Source: a virus
DNA length: 64,000 nucleotides
Strand: one strand, 5' to 3'
Virus record (IMG/VR): IMGVR_UViG_3300045988_044010
A program made the position numbers and the translations under genes. Within the stretch, counting starts at the first letter, position 1. Every line of letters begins with the position of its first letter. Shown in pieces: positions 15,891 to 27,376 of this stretch. The notes below the pieces were generated by a model. It had not been told where the DNA came from. It saw only the letters and a list, made by a program, of their open reading frames with translations, and searched no databases.

Positions 15891-15993
15891 AAGCTATTAA
15901 CTATTTTAACATGTCACGTTTATAGAGACATGGAACAATTAATAGTATTGAGTCTCTGTTCTTTTATGATGTGGTTAGCCATATGGGGACTTA

Positions 15994-16410
15994 ATGATAA
16001 AAATAAGAAATGATATGTTAAAATATAAAGTAATTAAAGATTTCGGATCAGCCAGAAAGGGCGATGTGTTAGTAAATAGTGTTGAAGATCCTCAAGTATT
16101 TACTATGGAATGTAGCAATGGTGATATCGAAGGAGATAACTATTCGTACAGATCAATGAGTATATCTGATGATATTGCAGATCTATATGTAGAAGAGGGA
16201 TACTTGGAAGAAGTGGAAGACAATAAATCTACTAAAGTAGTAGATCTAATAGATAATCTGGTAGATCAGTATGATAAGGATTACAAAGAAGTAATGGATA
16301 AATACTCAGAAGGTAAAGTACCACCTTGTGTTAAGCTAGAAGCTGAGACAGTGTACTATAACCTTACTAAAGTATTAAATAAAATTAAAGAGGAACTGAT
16401 TAATGAATAA
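15994..16410 (+). CDS. hypothetical acidic protein
   Basis: ORF track. Confidence 0.65.
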   Translation: MIKIRNDMLKYKVIKDFGSARKGDVLVNSVEDPQVFTMECSNGDIEGDNYSYRSMSISDDIADLYVEEGYLEEVEDNKSTKVVDLIDNLVDQYDKDYKEVMDKYSEGKVPPCVKLEAETVYYNLTKVLNKIKEELINE

Positions 16411-16795
16411 ATTGGTTAAGACCGTATCTAGAACCGATTTATACAGAGAATTTCTAAATAGCCTTAATGGTATACTTAAGCTTACAGACAGGGAGTTAGA
16501 GTTGTTAACAACATTTATAGATATAGATGTCAATACACCAAAACTCCCTAATGTAAGGAAGAATGTAATAAGTACTGAGAATAGGAAGTATATTAAACGT
16601 ACTTTAGGTATTACTCCTGATAATCTTAGTAGATACATAGCTAAGTTCAAACAGCAAGGCATATTAAGGGTAGGTAAAGCAGATGATGAAGTAATGGTCA
16701 GTAAAGCTTTGATACCTGAAATAATCGGTGATAGAGTACAAATCACAATAATATTAAAAGTTAATAAAGATGAAGATGAGGTCATTCCTGCTTGA
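16403..16795 (+). CDS. hypothetical protein, possible helix-turn-helix DNA binding
   Basis: Segments LTDRELELL and ITPDNLSRYIAKFKQQGIL resemble HTH elements. Weak, motif-level evidence only. Confidence 0.55.
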   Translation: MNKLVKTVSRTDLYREFLNSLNGILKLTDRELELLTTFIDIDVNTPKLPNVRKNVISTENRKYIKRTLGITPDNLSRYIAKFKQQGILRVGKADDEVMVSKALIPEIIGDRVQITIILKVNKDEDEVIPA

Positions 16796-17156
16796 GGCAG
16801 GATCTATAATAGCGTGGAAGAAGTATCCTTATATTAAGAAATTATGGAGTAAGATTAGAGGAAAACAGTTACCATTTAATATGTTTACTATAGTAACTAA
16901 CAGAACCGAACTACTTACTTCAGATTACATGAAAGATGTAGAGATATATGAACCAATACGCAAATATAGTAAACAAGAGCAATCTAAGATAAGTGTACTT
17001 GCGAGTGACACATTATATAGCAGTGATTGGGTAGATGTAGCAGCATTAATAAATATAATTAGACCTAATACGTTAAATGGTCCTATTACATTAGCTACAT
17101 GTAAATACTATAAGAAGGTTGAATGGCATGAGAAATTAGACGAGTATATATACTAA
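16770..17156 (+). CDS. hypothetical protein
   Basis: ORF track. Confidence 0.6.
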   Translation: MKMRSFLLEAGSIIAWKKYPYIKKLWSKIRGKQLPFNMFTIVTNRTELLTSDYMKDVEIYEPIRKYSKQEQSKISVLASDTLYSSDWVDVAALINIIRPNTLNGPITLATCKYYKKVEWHEKLDEYIY

Positions 17157-17325
17157 ACTAAGTAATAAGTACAACTTACCGTATCAAGTGGTTGAAGTAA
17201 TATGTAACAGCCCTTTCAAGTTTACTAATAAGGTAATAACAGAATTAGATCCTAAACCGGTTATGTTTGCTTACTTAGGAAAGTTCAAAATAAAGAAGAG
17301 ATATGAAGAAGAAGCGAAAAATTGA
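17128..17325 (+). CDS. hypothetical protein; first gene in the window carrying an in-frame TAG (17137-17139)
   Basis: MRN-TAG-TSIYTKLSNKYNLPYQVVEVICNSPFKFTNKVITELDPKPVMFAYLGKFKIKKRYEEEAKN. Without TAG read-through there is no start codon for the protein-like part. Confidence 0.55.
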
Positions 17326-17326
17326 T

Positions 17327-17725
17327 ATGTATGACCCTCAGATATATCCTAGGAAGCTATGGGTAGCTGTAGGACCAGAGGAGTTAGATGAACAGTTTAA
17401 GTTCTACTTAACAGATAAATCTGGGGTGATAGAAAACATAGATGAAGAGCTTGAGCAAGAAGGTATAGCAATGAGTACATATTCAGTAAGTAGAAAATCA
17501 GATGGATTGTATGGGTGTTTAGTATATGCTCCTAACTTAGAAGTAATTACAGACGATGCAATACCACATGAAGCAGTACATGTAGCTGACTATATGTATG
17601 AAGAATTAGGTGTACATGCTGTAGAATCATACTCTCAAGGAAATGAAAATTATGCTTACTTAGTTGGTTGGGCTGCTGGTTGCATCAGTAAAACTATAAT
17701 TAAAGAGAAACAAAATGATATCTGA
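17327..17725 (+). CDS. HExxH-motif (HEAVH) putative metallopeptidase-like protein
   Basis: ORF track frame, start trimmed to the ATG at 17327 just after the previous TGA. Motif: IPHEAVHVADYMYEELG. Confidence 0.6.
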   Translation: MYDPQIYPRKLWVAVGPEELDEQFKFYLTDKSGVIENIDEELEQEGIAMSTYSVSRKSDGLYGCLVYAPNLEVITDDAIPHEAVHVADYMYEELGVHAVESYSQGNENYAYLVGWAAGCISKTIIKEKQNDI

Positions 17726-18314
17726 TCATATATTTCAATGCATGAAAGAAGATAGTAGTGATTACTATCCTACTTCAGGATATAGAGTAATACCCGGAGT
17801 TAGAGAAGTTCCAATAGAGATAGCATATAAAACTCTTTATATATGTGATCTTATACATAAATATATAAACACACCGGATATTAAAATACTTAATAAATTA
17901 AAAGAAATGACACACGAAGAAAGCAAAAATATGTGGGAACTGGAGAAAAAGAACTCTAGACCAGAACTATTCACTAAACCAATGAAAAAGTTATATGATG
18001 TAGTTGAGAAATGTATTGAAGATGATATTATCAGATATGATGATTTCACAAGCGATATGATTGATGAACTTACTACAGTAATGGTAGAGAATGGTAAGAA
18101 AGAAGAAGAAACTACATTAGATAGAGCAGAACAAATTGATCAGATTTGCAATAATTTAACTAAAAAGTATGAACAGAAATATAATACCAGAGAGTCTGGA
18201 GTAGGAGCTACAGACGTACACACAGATAGTGCAGAAGTACAAGACACTGAAGGACTATGTGAATCCGAATGTGCCTCTACAGAGAGCGCTGACGATAGTA
18301 CAGAGATTGCATAA
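17715..18314 (+). CDS. hypothetical protein with acidic C-terminus
   Basis: ORF track. Confidence 0.65.
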   Translation: MISDHIFQCMKEDSSDYYPTSGYRVIPGVREVPIEIAYKTLYICDLIHKYINTPDIKILNKLKEMTHEESKNMWELEKKNSRPELFTKPMKKLYDVVEKCIEDDIIRYDDFTSDMIDELTTVMVENGKKEEETTLDRAEQIDQICNNLTKKYEQKYNTRESGVGATDVHTDSAEVQDTEGLCESECASTESADDSTEIA

Positions 18315-18348
18315 AGAAAAGTATTTAGGATATAAAATTGATTGAATT

Positions 18349-18687
18349 ATGGTAAAGTATATAGCAACAAAGAGAGAAGGCGATGTAATAGTAGCGAACT
18401 TCGAAGAACAAAAAGTAAGCAAGGCTACATATGGCAGTGGATACGATTATAGTTATACAATAACTGAACCCGGTGAATGGATTGTAGATGGTGAAAAGTT
18501 ATTTGATGTTAAAGAAGGAGACGTCGTACTTAAGATGTACTCTGTTACAGATAATTGGGAAGAAAAAGAATATATTAAGTTAAGTTCTCCTGAATTGAAG
18601 GACTACTATTGTAGAAGAGATGAACACGGTAAACGACGTGAACTTGAGAAACCATGCAACGATTGCATTTGTTGTGAAAAAGCTTAA
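18349..18687 (+). CDS. hypothetical protein
   Basis: ORF track. Confidence 0.6.
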   Translation: MVKYIATKREGDVIVANFEEQKVSKATYGSGYDYSYTITEPGEWIVDGEKLFDVKEGDVVLKMYSVTDNWEEKEYIKLSSPELKDYYCRRDEHGKRRELEKPCNDCICCEKA

Positions 18688-18690
18688 CGT

Positions 18691-18990
18691 ATGGAAAAAG
18701 TACTAATAAATAAACGAGGAGAAGCGATATCATTTAACACTGAATCGAACTCTATTACTCCAATGATAGACAATATCACATGCAACTTATACTAGGCAGA
18801 TAAAGATGGTCAAGTTGTTACTAATAATGAAGTTATTGACGTTAAAAAAGGAGAATTTATACTATACTGCAGATTATGGTAGAAAGATAAATTTATAACA
18901 AAAACAGTAATTATATCTGATCCTACAACTACTTATGATTTGAACGAATGGTATAAAGAACTAAATAAACAGGATAATGAAACTATTTGA
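18691..18990 (+). CDS. hypothetical protein with two in-frame TAG codons
   Basis: ATG at 18691; TAGs at 18793 and about 18877; TGA at 18988. Fills an otherwise empty 290-nt gap and overlaps the next start by 14 nt. Confidence 0.55.
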
Positions 18991-19507
18991 TATAGTCGGT
19001 GGTAAAGTTGTAATTCATTCTGATGCCTTAGGTATCCCATGCTTTAAAAAGGTATGGGATGCTGATAAAGCAGATAAAGAACATGCTACTAAAGTAATTA
19101 GTTACATTGTACTTAAGAATAAATGGAATAGTCCTTATGTATTAAGTATGGATCCAGATAGCATCGAATCTAAGTTGAAAGAAGAATTATTCGATGATGT
19201 TAATTATGAATTATCTGCAGCAGAAGTAGCATGTGAAGAGCAGTTTAAAGAGTTCTGCAATACTCGTCTACTTAGGATGTTACAGAATATGAGACGTAAG
19301 CTTGACAGTTTCAGTGATTACTATGAAGAATCATTAGGTGAAGACTTGGATGAAAAGAAGATCGAGAAGTATTTAGCTGGATTTGAGAAGGTAAAAGGAG
19401 CTTATATTACTCTAGATTTCTTGGAGAAAGCAGTTAAAACAGAAGAACTTAGTACATCTAAGATTAAAGGTGATGCTAAAGTTAATCCTTATGAATTGAC
19501 AAGATAA
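18977..19507 (+). CDS. hypothetical protein
   Basis: ORF track. Confidence 0.65.
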   Translation: MKLFDIVGGKVVIHSDALGIPCFKKVWDADKADKEHATKVISYIVLKNKWNSPYVLSMDPDSIESKLKEELFDDVNYELSAAEVACEEQFKEFCNTRLLRMLQNMRRKLDSFSDYYEESLGEDLDEKKIEKYLAGFEKVKGAYITLDFLEKAVKTEELSTSKIKGDAKVNPYELTR

Positions 19508-19564
19508 TACATCAATTACAACTTAAATTAAACAACACGTTATAATAGATAAAATTGAACTAAT

Positions 19565-19708
19565 ATGAAAAAGCAGATTGATATTGTCATTGATATGACT
19601 AAAAGCAAAGAAGAGATTTGGGCACAGATTAATGAAGCATATAATACTCTGAGAGCATTAAATGTTAAGAAACCTAGTCTGTGGAAGAGAATCAAATCTT
19701 GGTTCTAA
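19565..19708 (+). CDS. possible 47-aa protein
   Basis: Hand-translated MKKQIDIVIDMTKSKEEIWAQINEAYNTLRALNVKKPSLWKRIKSWF. Confidence 0.4.
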   Translation: MKKQIDIVIDMTKSKEEIWAQINEAYNTLRALNVKKPSLWKRIKSWF

Positions 19709-19758
19709 ACCAAGCGACGATATGGGGTTACGTCGTTAAAGAAAGAACCCCAGCACAT

Positions 19759-19834
19759 TGCCCTATGGTGTAATGGTCAAGCACAAGAGGCTCTAACCCT
19801 CTTGGTCTGGGTTCGAATCCTAGTGGGGCTACCA
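19759..19834 (+). tRNA. amber suppressor tRNA, anticodon CUA (reads UAG), encoded CCA
   Basis: Hand-folded cloverleaf. Acceptor 19759-65/19824-30; D-arm GTGT/GCAC; anticodon stem AGAGG/CCTCT with loop CT-CTA-AC (CTA at 19793-95). T-arm CTGGG-TTCGAAT-CCTAG; A73; CCA at 19832-34. Confidence 0.85.
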
Positions 19835-19845
19835 ATAAATACAGT

Positions 19846-20052
19846 ATGAGAGATCTAGTAAAGATAAACTATGACAAGAATAATCCAAAAGCAGTAGTAT
19901 GGATAGTCAAAGAAGAATATGACAAATAGAAGAAATACTATGAAGAAATGGAACGAAAATTCTTCAGAAAATACTGGTTTGGATTAGAAGAAGAAATATG
20001 TAAAGATTATCTCAAAGAATGTTTTGATTTAAAAAGAAGCTTAAAGTAGTGA
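19846..20052 (+). CDS. hypothetical protein with two in-frame TAGs
   Basis: MRDLVKINYDKNNPKAVVWIVKEEYDK-TAG-KKYYEEMERKFFRKYWFGLEEEICKDYLKECFDLKRSLK-TAG, then TGA. Confidence 0.5.
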
Positions 20053-20209
20053 AGTATGGCGCGCATACAACGTAACCTCCTAAGTCACTGACTATATAAG
20101 AAAGCTTATAGTTAACACAGCTCATGATGGACCTAATCGTAAGTAGGTGAGTTTAACAGAGTTCTCAGATAAACTGTAGTTTTAAACTAAGAGAATTATA
20201 ATCAATTTA

Positions 20210-22264
20210 ATGGTAGACTTCAATAAATAGATAAAAAATAGCAATAAGTTTAGACAGCCAGCCCTCAAGTTTTTGGAGACTGGCTCTTATTGTTAGTATC
20301 CCGCTGGTACGTCAGAGTACTTTAAATATTGGGATGAATAGATGGACAGATGTAAGTATGGTTATACTGCTGATGATGGAGATTTCATTAGTGGGTATAA
20401 CTATTTTTATTTAAACTTCTGTCCTATTCAAAGGATTATCTATACTACAATTACTAATCCAGACGGATCTACAACTACTAAGAAAACACGTGATTTGTAG
20501 TTCCCAGACTTCTATGACTATGACTATTACTTCTTCTTAGCAGTAGAAGATGCAGAAGAACAAAGTAAACACTTATGCGCACTAAAGAGTAGACGTAAGG
20601 GTTATTCGTATAAGAATGCAGCAATGGCATGTCGTAACTACTATCTATTCGCAGGTAGTAAAACATATATCTATGCTAGTAATAAGCAATATCTAACAGA
20701 GGATGGTATTCTTACTAAAGCATGGGACTATATGGACTTTATAGATAAGAATACAGCTTGGGGTAAGAAGAGATCTGTCAATACTTAGATGCGTAAACGT
20801 GCTGGTTTCTTTACTAAAGATGAATACGGCAATGAGGTTGAGAGCGGTTATAAATCAGAAATCATTGGTGTTACTCTAAAAGATAACCCAGATGTAGTTC
20901 GTGGTAAAGCTGGTAAACTTATTATATTTGAAGAGGCTGGTTCATTCTCTGAACTAGGTGCAGCATGGCAAATTGCTAGACCGTCTGTAGAACAGGATGG
21001 TATTGCGTTTGGTACAATGATTGCATTTGGTACAGGTGGTGATGAAGATAGTCACTTTGAAACACTGAAAGATATGTTCTATAATCCAGATGGTTATAAC
21101 TGTTTAGGATTTAAGAATATATGGGATGAAACTCCATCTGATAAACTATGTGGATTCTTTATTCCTCAGTATACTAATATGGACTTCCGTGATGAGAATG
21201 GTAAACGCGTTTACATGGATGATGATGGTAATACATTATATAAGAAGTCTGTAGAGTATATATTAGCTGAACGTAGAAAGGTAATAGAGAATGCTACTAA
21301 TTCAGTAGCAGTAGACCGTTATGTAGCTGAACACTGTATAACACCACAAGAAGCATGTTTGGAATTTGGTGGTAATATATTCCCTAAGAAAGAATTACAA
21401 GAACAATTAGCTAACATACGTATAAATAAACACCTAAGTAACCACAAATAGGTAGGAGATTTGATATGGGATGCTAATGGTTCTATTAAGTGGGTACTTA
21501 AGAAAACAGGTGATATTACACATTACCCATTGAAAAAAGACGATGACCCAACAGGATCTATAGTTATATGGGAACACCCTGTAAAGGATGCTCCTATTGG
21601 TTTATATATACTTGGGGTAGACCCATATGATCATGACTAGTCAGGTACTAATTCATTAGGCTCTACGTTCGTTTACAAGCGATTCTAGAGCTTTGAAAAC
21701 TATTATGATATAATTGTTGCTGAATACACTGGACGCCCTGCAACAGCAGAAGAATACTATGAAAATCTACGTAAATTAGCAGTTTATTATAATGGTAGAA
21801 TAATGTATGAAAATGAACGTAAAGGTTTATTTCCATACTTTACTGCTAAACATTGTGACTACTTACTTGCTGATCAACCTGACATTATATCTGATATTGT
21901 AGGTAATTCTAAAGTATAGAGAAAGAAAGGTTGCCATATGAATAAATAGATCAAGCAGTGGGGAGAAGGCTTGATTAAAGATTGGTTAAATGATGAACAA
22001 GCCCCCGGTAAAAAGAACCTACATAACATACTATCAGAGCCGCTATTAGAAGAACTTATAAGCTATAATGATACAGGAAACTTCGATAGAGTCATGGCGT
22101 TGATGCAGGTAATGATTTATAGAGAATAGCTCTATAATCTAAAGGTTAAAGAGAAGAAAAAAGAGAATAGAGATAGGGTCTTATTTGATGGACCAATCTT
22201 TACTCAAGAGTGGTATCATGACGATGATATCATTAATGATAATATAGAAGCATATATGTTTTAA
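20210..22264 (+). CDS. terL: terminase large subunit (684 codons, 11 in-frame TAG)
   Basis: One frame from the ATG at 20210 to the TAA at 22262. TAGs at 20228, 20294, 20339, 20498, 20786, 21449, 21638, 21686, 21917, 21947 and 22127. ATPase/nuclease-type segments: GKLIIFEEAG, GTGGDEDSHF, LGVDPYDHD. Confidence 0.85.
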
Positions 22265-22266
22265 CT

Positions 22267-24777
22267 ATGAAAAATATCAATCAATTTCCTATACAGAAAT
22301 TGCCAATGTCTAAGAAGACTCAAGACTGGAGAGAATCTTGTGTAGATTACATTATAGGTCACAGTCAAGGAGGTTCTAGGAATGGTAATACCAGAACTCG
22401 CAAGGAAGAGATGCAGACTTACTATGATCTTTACAATAGTATATACAATGAGAAAGATCTTAAGTATGTTACTAACCCATTTAAACAATAGGACGGTTTC
22501 CCTGCAATGGCTTAGGATTATAATATAATCAAGCCAAAGATAGACCTACTATTAGGTGAAGAAACCAAAAGACCTTTTAACTTTAAGGTAGTACGTACTA
22601 GTGAGATAGCAACTAGTGAGTTACAGGAAAAAGCTAAACAGATGTTGATGGACTATATTCAGGCTACCATCATGAGTAAACTAGGACCTGAAGAATAGGC
22701 TAGATACCAAGAAGCTTTGCAATCTGGTGAAATTATGCCACCAGAACAGATACAGAAATACATGAGTAAAGACTATAAGGATATTGCAGAGATTACTGCA
22801 TATCATAGTCTTATGTACTTAAAGAATAAACTCAATATTAATCATGAGTTCTTTAAAGGTTGGAAGGATGCATTAGTAGGAGGTGAAGAAATATACTATA
22901 TTGGTATAGTAAATGGAGAACCGTGTCTAGAACGTATCAATCCTATTTACTTTGATTATGACACTGAAACATCAGATTTAGAGTTTATTCATGAAGCACA
23001 ATGGTGTTGCTATGAAATGAATATGTCAGTAACTGAACTGTATGATAGACTGTATGATAAGATGACAGAGAAGCAGTTGAATGAGTTACTTGATATGATG
23101 AGTGATAGTGCTAAAGGAGGCATTAATCCTGAAGTAAGAAAAACATCATTAGATTATCCGCATATTAAAACTCATACTATTAATGGTTTTAGCTCTAACC
23201 CATTTGATGGAAGTGGAGATAATATCAAAGTATATCACGTATGTTGGAAGTCATTCAAGAAGATAGGGTTTGTTACTATAATTGATCCAGAAACAGGTAT
23301 GCCTGAAACATATGAAGTAGATGAAACATACAAAGAAACAGGTATGGAAATATCTGTTGAATGGAAATGGATCATTGAAACATGGGAAGGATATAGAGCT
23401 GGAGAAGATCTCTATATAGGCGTAGAACCTGTTGAATATCAATATGTATCATCTGATAATCCTAATGCACAAAGATTGCCTTATACTGGAGTAATATATA
23501 ATAATACTAACAGTAGACCAAGATCTTTAGTAAGTATGATGAAACCATTACAGTATATGTATATTGTACTTTGGTATCGTCTTGAACTTGCAATGGCTAG
23601 AGATAAGGGTAAGGTAGTTAATATGGATATTACTTAGATACCTAAATCTATGAATATAGATGTATCTAAATGGATGCATTATCTATCTGCACTTGGTGTT
23701 AACTTTATTAACCCATATGAAGAAGGTTGGGATATACCGGGTAGAGAAGGTGGTAAACCATCCCAGTTCAATCAAATAACGGCATTAGATCTTACTATGG
23801 CTAATACTATTAATCAGTATATTATGCTTATGGATAAGATTGAATCTATGTTATCTGAAATATCTGGAGTAAGTAAACAGCGTGAAGGTTCAATATCATC
23901 TAATGAGTTAGTAGGTAATGTAGAAAGATCAGTACAGCAATCAGCTCATATTACTGAACCTTGGTTCTGGACACATAATCAAGTAAAGAGAGAGTGTTTG
24001 AATATGCTACTGAATACAGCCAAATGGGCTTGGAAAGACGGTAGTAAGACTCATCTGCAGTATATATTAGATGACGCTACTAGAGCATTCTTAACACTAT
24101 CTGATAACTTCCCATATGAAGACTTTGATATATTTGTAGATGACTCTACTAAGAATCAACAGAATATTGAGTTCCTTAGAAGTCTTATTCAACCTGCTAT
24201 GCAAAATGGAGCTAGTTTACTCGATGTAGTAGAAATCTTTACTAATGATAATACTACTATGATTAGAAACAAACTTGAAGAGATTGAGCAGAAACGCATG
24301 GAGCAACAACAGGCTATGGAAGAAGCTCAAGCTCAAAGAGAACAACAGATGATTCAGATGCAAAATGAAGTTAAAGAAGAAGAGTTAATGATTAAAGAAG
24401 CAGAGATGGATCTTAAGAAATATGAGATAGATTCTAACAATGCAACTAAGATTACAGTAGCTCAACTTAATGCTTATAGAGGTGCAGAAGATATGGACCA
24501 AAACGATAATGGAATTCCAGATCCAATGGAGATAGCAGCCCAAGCATTAGCTGAAAGAAAACAAGCATCTGAAGAAGCTTCTAAGCAATTCGAATTCAAT
24601 GCTAAATTAAGAGAGCAGTAGATGAAGAAAGATATAGAAGAAAAGAAAGTAGCTTTAGAGAAACAGAAATTGCAATCTCAAAAGGAATTACAAAAGATGA
24701 AAGATGATGCAGCTTTAGAAAGAGAAAAACTGAAGGCTAAAACAGCATTAAAGAATAAAGTAGTAGGAGAGAAGTAA
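22267..24777 (+). CDS. portal protein (836 codons, at least 5 in-frame TAG)
   Basis: Track ORFs 22267, 22717 and 23650 share one frame and are separated only by TAG; terminal TAA at 24775. Directly downstream of terL, and the size is typical of a portal. Confidence 0.75.
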
Positions 24778-24778
24778 T

Positions 24779-25132
24779 ATGAAAGTAATACAGAATAAAT
24801 TGATACCATTTAAAGGTTATAAATATATCAATCTATTTGGTTTGATATTTACTAGAGATAAATCTAAAATAAGTGCTAAAAGCTACAATCATGAAAAAAT
24901 ACATTTAAAACAAATGTAGGAAATGCTGTGGTTACCATATTACTTATGGTATGGCATAGAGTATTGCATAATTGGATTGTGTAGATTCTTTGATAAATAG
25001 AGTACTAAATATCATGATGTTAGCTTTGAAGAGGAAGCTTACAACAACGAAGAAAACTATACATATCCAGAGACTAGAAAACACTATTCTTGGTTAAAAT
25101 ATTGTAAAATTAGAAGTTATAAGGAGGATTAA
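24779..25132 (+). CDS. HExxH-motif (HEKIH) small protein
   Basis: ATG at 24779, two in-frame TAGs, TAA at 25130. Motif: SYNHEKIHLKQ. Confidence 0.55.
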
Positions 25133-25198
25133 TTATGGCATGTAAAGGTGGAAAAAAGTCCAGCAAGGGCAAAGGTGGAAAGAAATAATTGAAAGATT

Positions 25199-25438
25199 AT
25201 GGATGCAAATAACATATTAGAAGAACTACGGACACTCTATCCTGAAGATCTAAATAAAGATTACAACTGTTACTGGTGGTGGACTTGTAATACAGATGGA
25301 TCCGCTTTAACTTACTATCTATTACTAAGAGATAAATTCATGGAAGGAGAGTACTCAGCTTGTCTCAGAGCTCATTCTTCAGATCCAGAGAGTTTAGTAA
25401 TGCTATTAAAGATGTATTTAGAAACATGTAAGTATTAA
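25199..25438 (+). CDS. hypothetical protein
   Basis: ORF track; no TAG. Confidence 0.6.
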   Translation: MDANNILEELRTLYPEDLNKDYNCYWWWTCNTDGSALTYYLLLRDKFMEGEYSACLRAHSSDPESLVMLLKMYLETCKY

Positions 25439-25439
25439 T

Positions 25440-26963
25440 ATGGACAGAAAAGCATTTAAATAGAGAATGCAGAGCTTAAAGTCTTACCGGGAGCAAAATC
25501 CCGGTAAAGGCTACTTAGATTGGAAAACTTCATTACCAGATAATTTGCAAGATGAGAGTAGCTATAATCTGTAGAGAGCATATGAACTTGGGTATGAACC
25601 AGAGTATGTTGAAGAAGATAGATCTTATCATTTACCAACTAGAGATCAAGAAACAGGAGAAATACTTAAGAAACCTTGGCATCCTACATTCTTAATAGGA
25701 TTACAAGAAGATGCTAAATTAGGTTATTATCCATAGACCATAAATGGTGTTACATATACTACTACATGGGAAGGTAATGAAAATCCTATTTATAAGTATG
25801 CAGATGGCGGTGAAGTACCTCCAACCAATAAACCTACTATAATTGAACCTATACCATATAAAGGTAAACTTTATAGTGATAGATATGGTAGAAAGTATAC
25901 TGAAGAACAAGTATATGATTACTATAATAATGGTACGGATGAGATTGATAGATTTACAGGTGGACCATTAGTTAGAGGTTTGAAACCATTATTGGATCTA
26001 GAGGATGCTGCTAACTTTACACCAGTAGGTGATGCAGTTGCTGCATATGATGTGTATGATGCTGTTAGTAATAGGGATTGGTCTGGAGCAGGTTTAGCTG
26101 CATTAGGGTTGGTTCCGTTTGTACCTAATATAGGAGAAGCTGTCTTTAAAAGTTCTAAGAAATTATCTAAATCTAAGAACTATATACCAAAAGTAAATCC
26201 TAATTATAAGTAGAGTGTTATAGATAAAGCTTTACGAGAAGAAAGTACATTCAGTAAAATACCTAATAATGTTACTGAGGAGATTATTGATCAGCGAAAC
26301 AGGACTTATGAACTTATGTAGGAGCCATATGCTAGAAATAGAGCTAAAGAAATTGATGCTTAGTACGGCACGGATTATCTTAAAGTCTATGATAGTATGT
26401 TAGATAAATATGTTAATATTGATGAGTACTTTAAATTACCTGATCCTCAATATAAGAAGATGGAGAGACCAACTATTGCAGCATAGGTTACTCCAGCAAA
26501 AGGTAATACAATGTATTTTAATAGAGACATGATAAAGGCTCCTGAAGATATACCTAGTAATGTTGTATTGCATGAAATGGGTCATCTGGTTGATGGTGCT
26601 GCTGGTATGAGTAATGAGTTCTTAAAGAAACTTGGGGATAAGAGTAAATTTATTCCATTTAACTAGGCTAAGCTTATGTATCCTACTATGACTAGAGAAG
26701 GATATAATAACATATTACAAGGAACTGAAATTAAAAGCTATATGAATCAGTTCAGAAATTATTTAAATCAGAATGGAAAATTACATAATGGCAATTATAC
26801 AGGCAGTTATAAAGGTTTAAAGAAAGAGATAATAGAAGCTCCTAAAGAGTCTTTCAATAATATCAAAGCAATATTTAATCTTTATAGAAGTCCTAAATTG
26901 TTCAATAAGGATTTTCAAATGATTCCTATAGTAAATAACAAAGATAACAGAGATATATCATGA
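25440..26963 (+). CDS. virion-associated protein with zinc-metallopeptidase motif HEMGH (507 codons, 8 in-frame TAG)
   Basis: Track ORFs 25980 and 26676 are in frame with the ATG at 25440. Motif NVVLHEMGHLVDG; hydrophobic segment WSGAGLAALGLVPFVPNIG. Confidence 0.65.
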
Positions 26964-27376
26964 GTGATTTTTATAACAAACTTTTGCCAATAGATTTTCT
27001 AAGGTACGCTTCTGCTTTTACAATACAGTGCGAACACTTGAATAAATTCAGATTTCATGATAACTTTGGTTATATTAGTGATTTTGATGAAGAGACTCGT
27101 GAGGAATATAAAAAGTGGAATAATAAACCTATTTTTAATCCAGATAGACATAAATGGTTTTCTCCAGAATTGTCTAAGGAAGAAATAGCATTATTAAGTG
27201 ATCCTGATTATTTTACCAAAGAAGATCTAAAGGATATATTAAATACATTAATATTAAATTATATAAATTTGGAGGATTTAATAGATGATCAATTAGGTAG
27301 AACAGGCAATGATAATGCCACAGTATCCGATACCAAACTACAAGGACGGAGGGATACACATAAAGAAGAAGAATAG
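26960..27376 (+). CDS. hypothetical protein
   Basis: ORF track. Its 3' end overlaps the next ORF by about 90 nt in another frame. Confidence 0.55.
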   Translation: MSDFYNKLLPIDFLRYASAFTIQCEHLNKFRFHDNFGYISDFDEETREEYKKWNNKPIFNPDRHKWFSPELSKEEIALLSDPDYFTKEDLKDILNTLILNYINLEDLIDDQLGRTGNDNATVSDTKLQGRRDTHKEEE

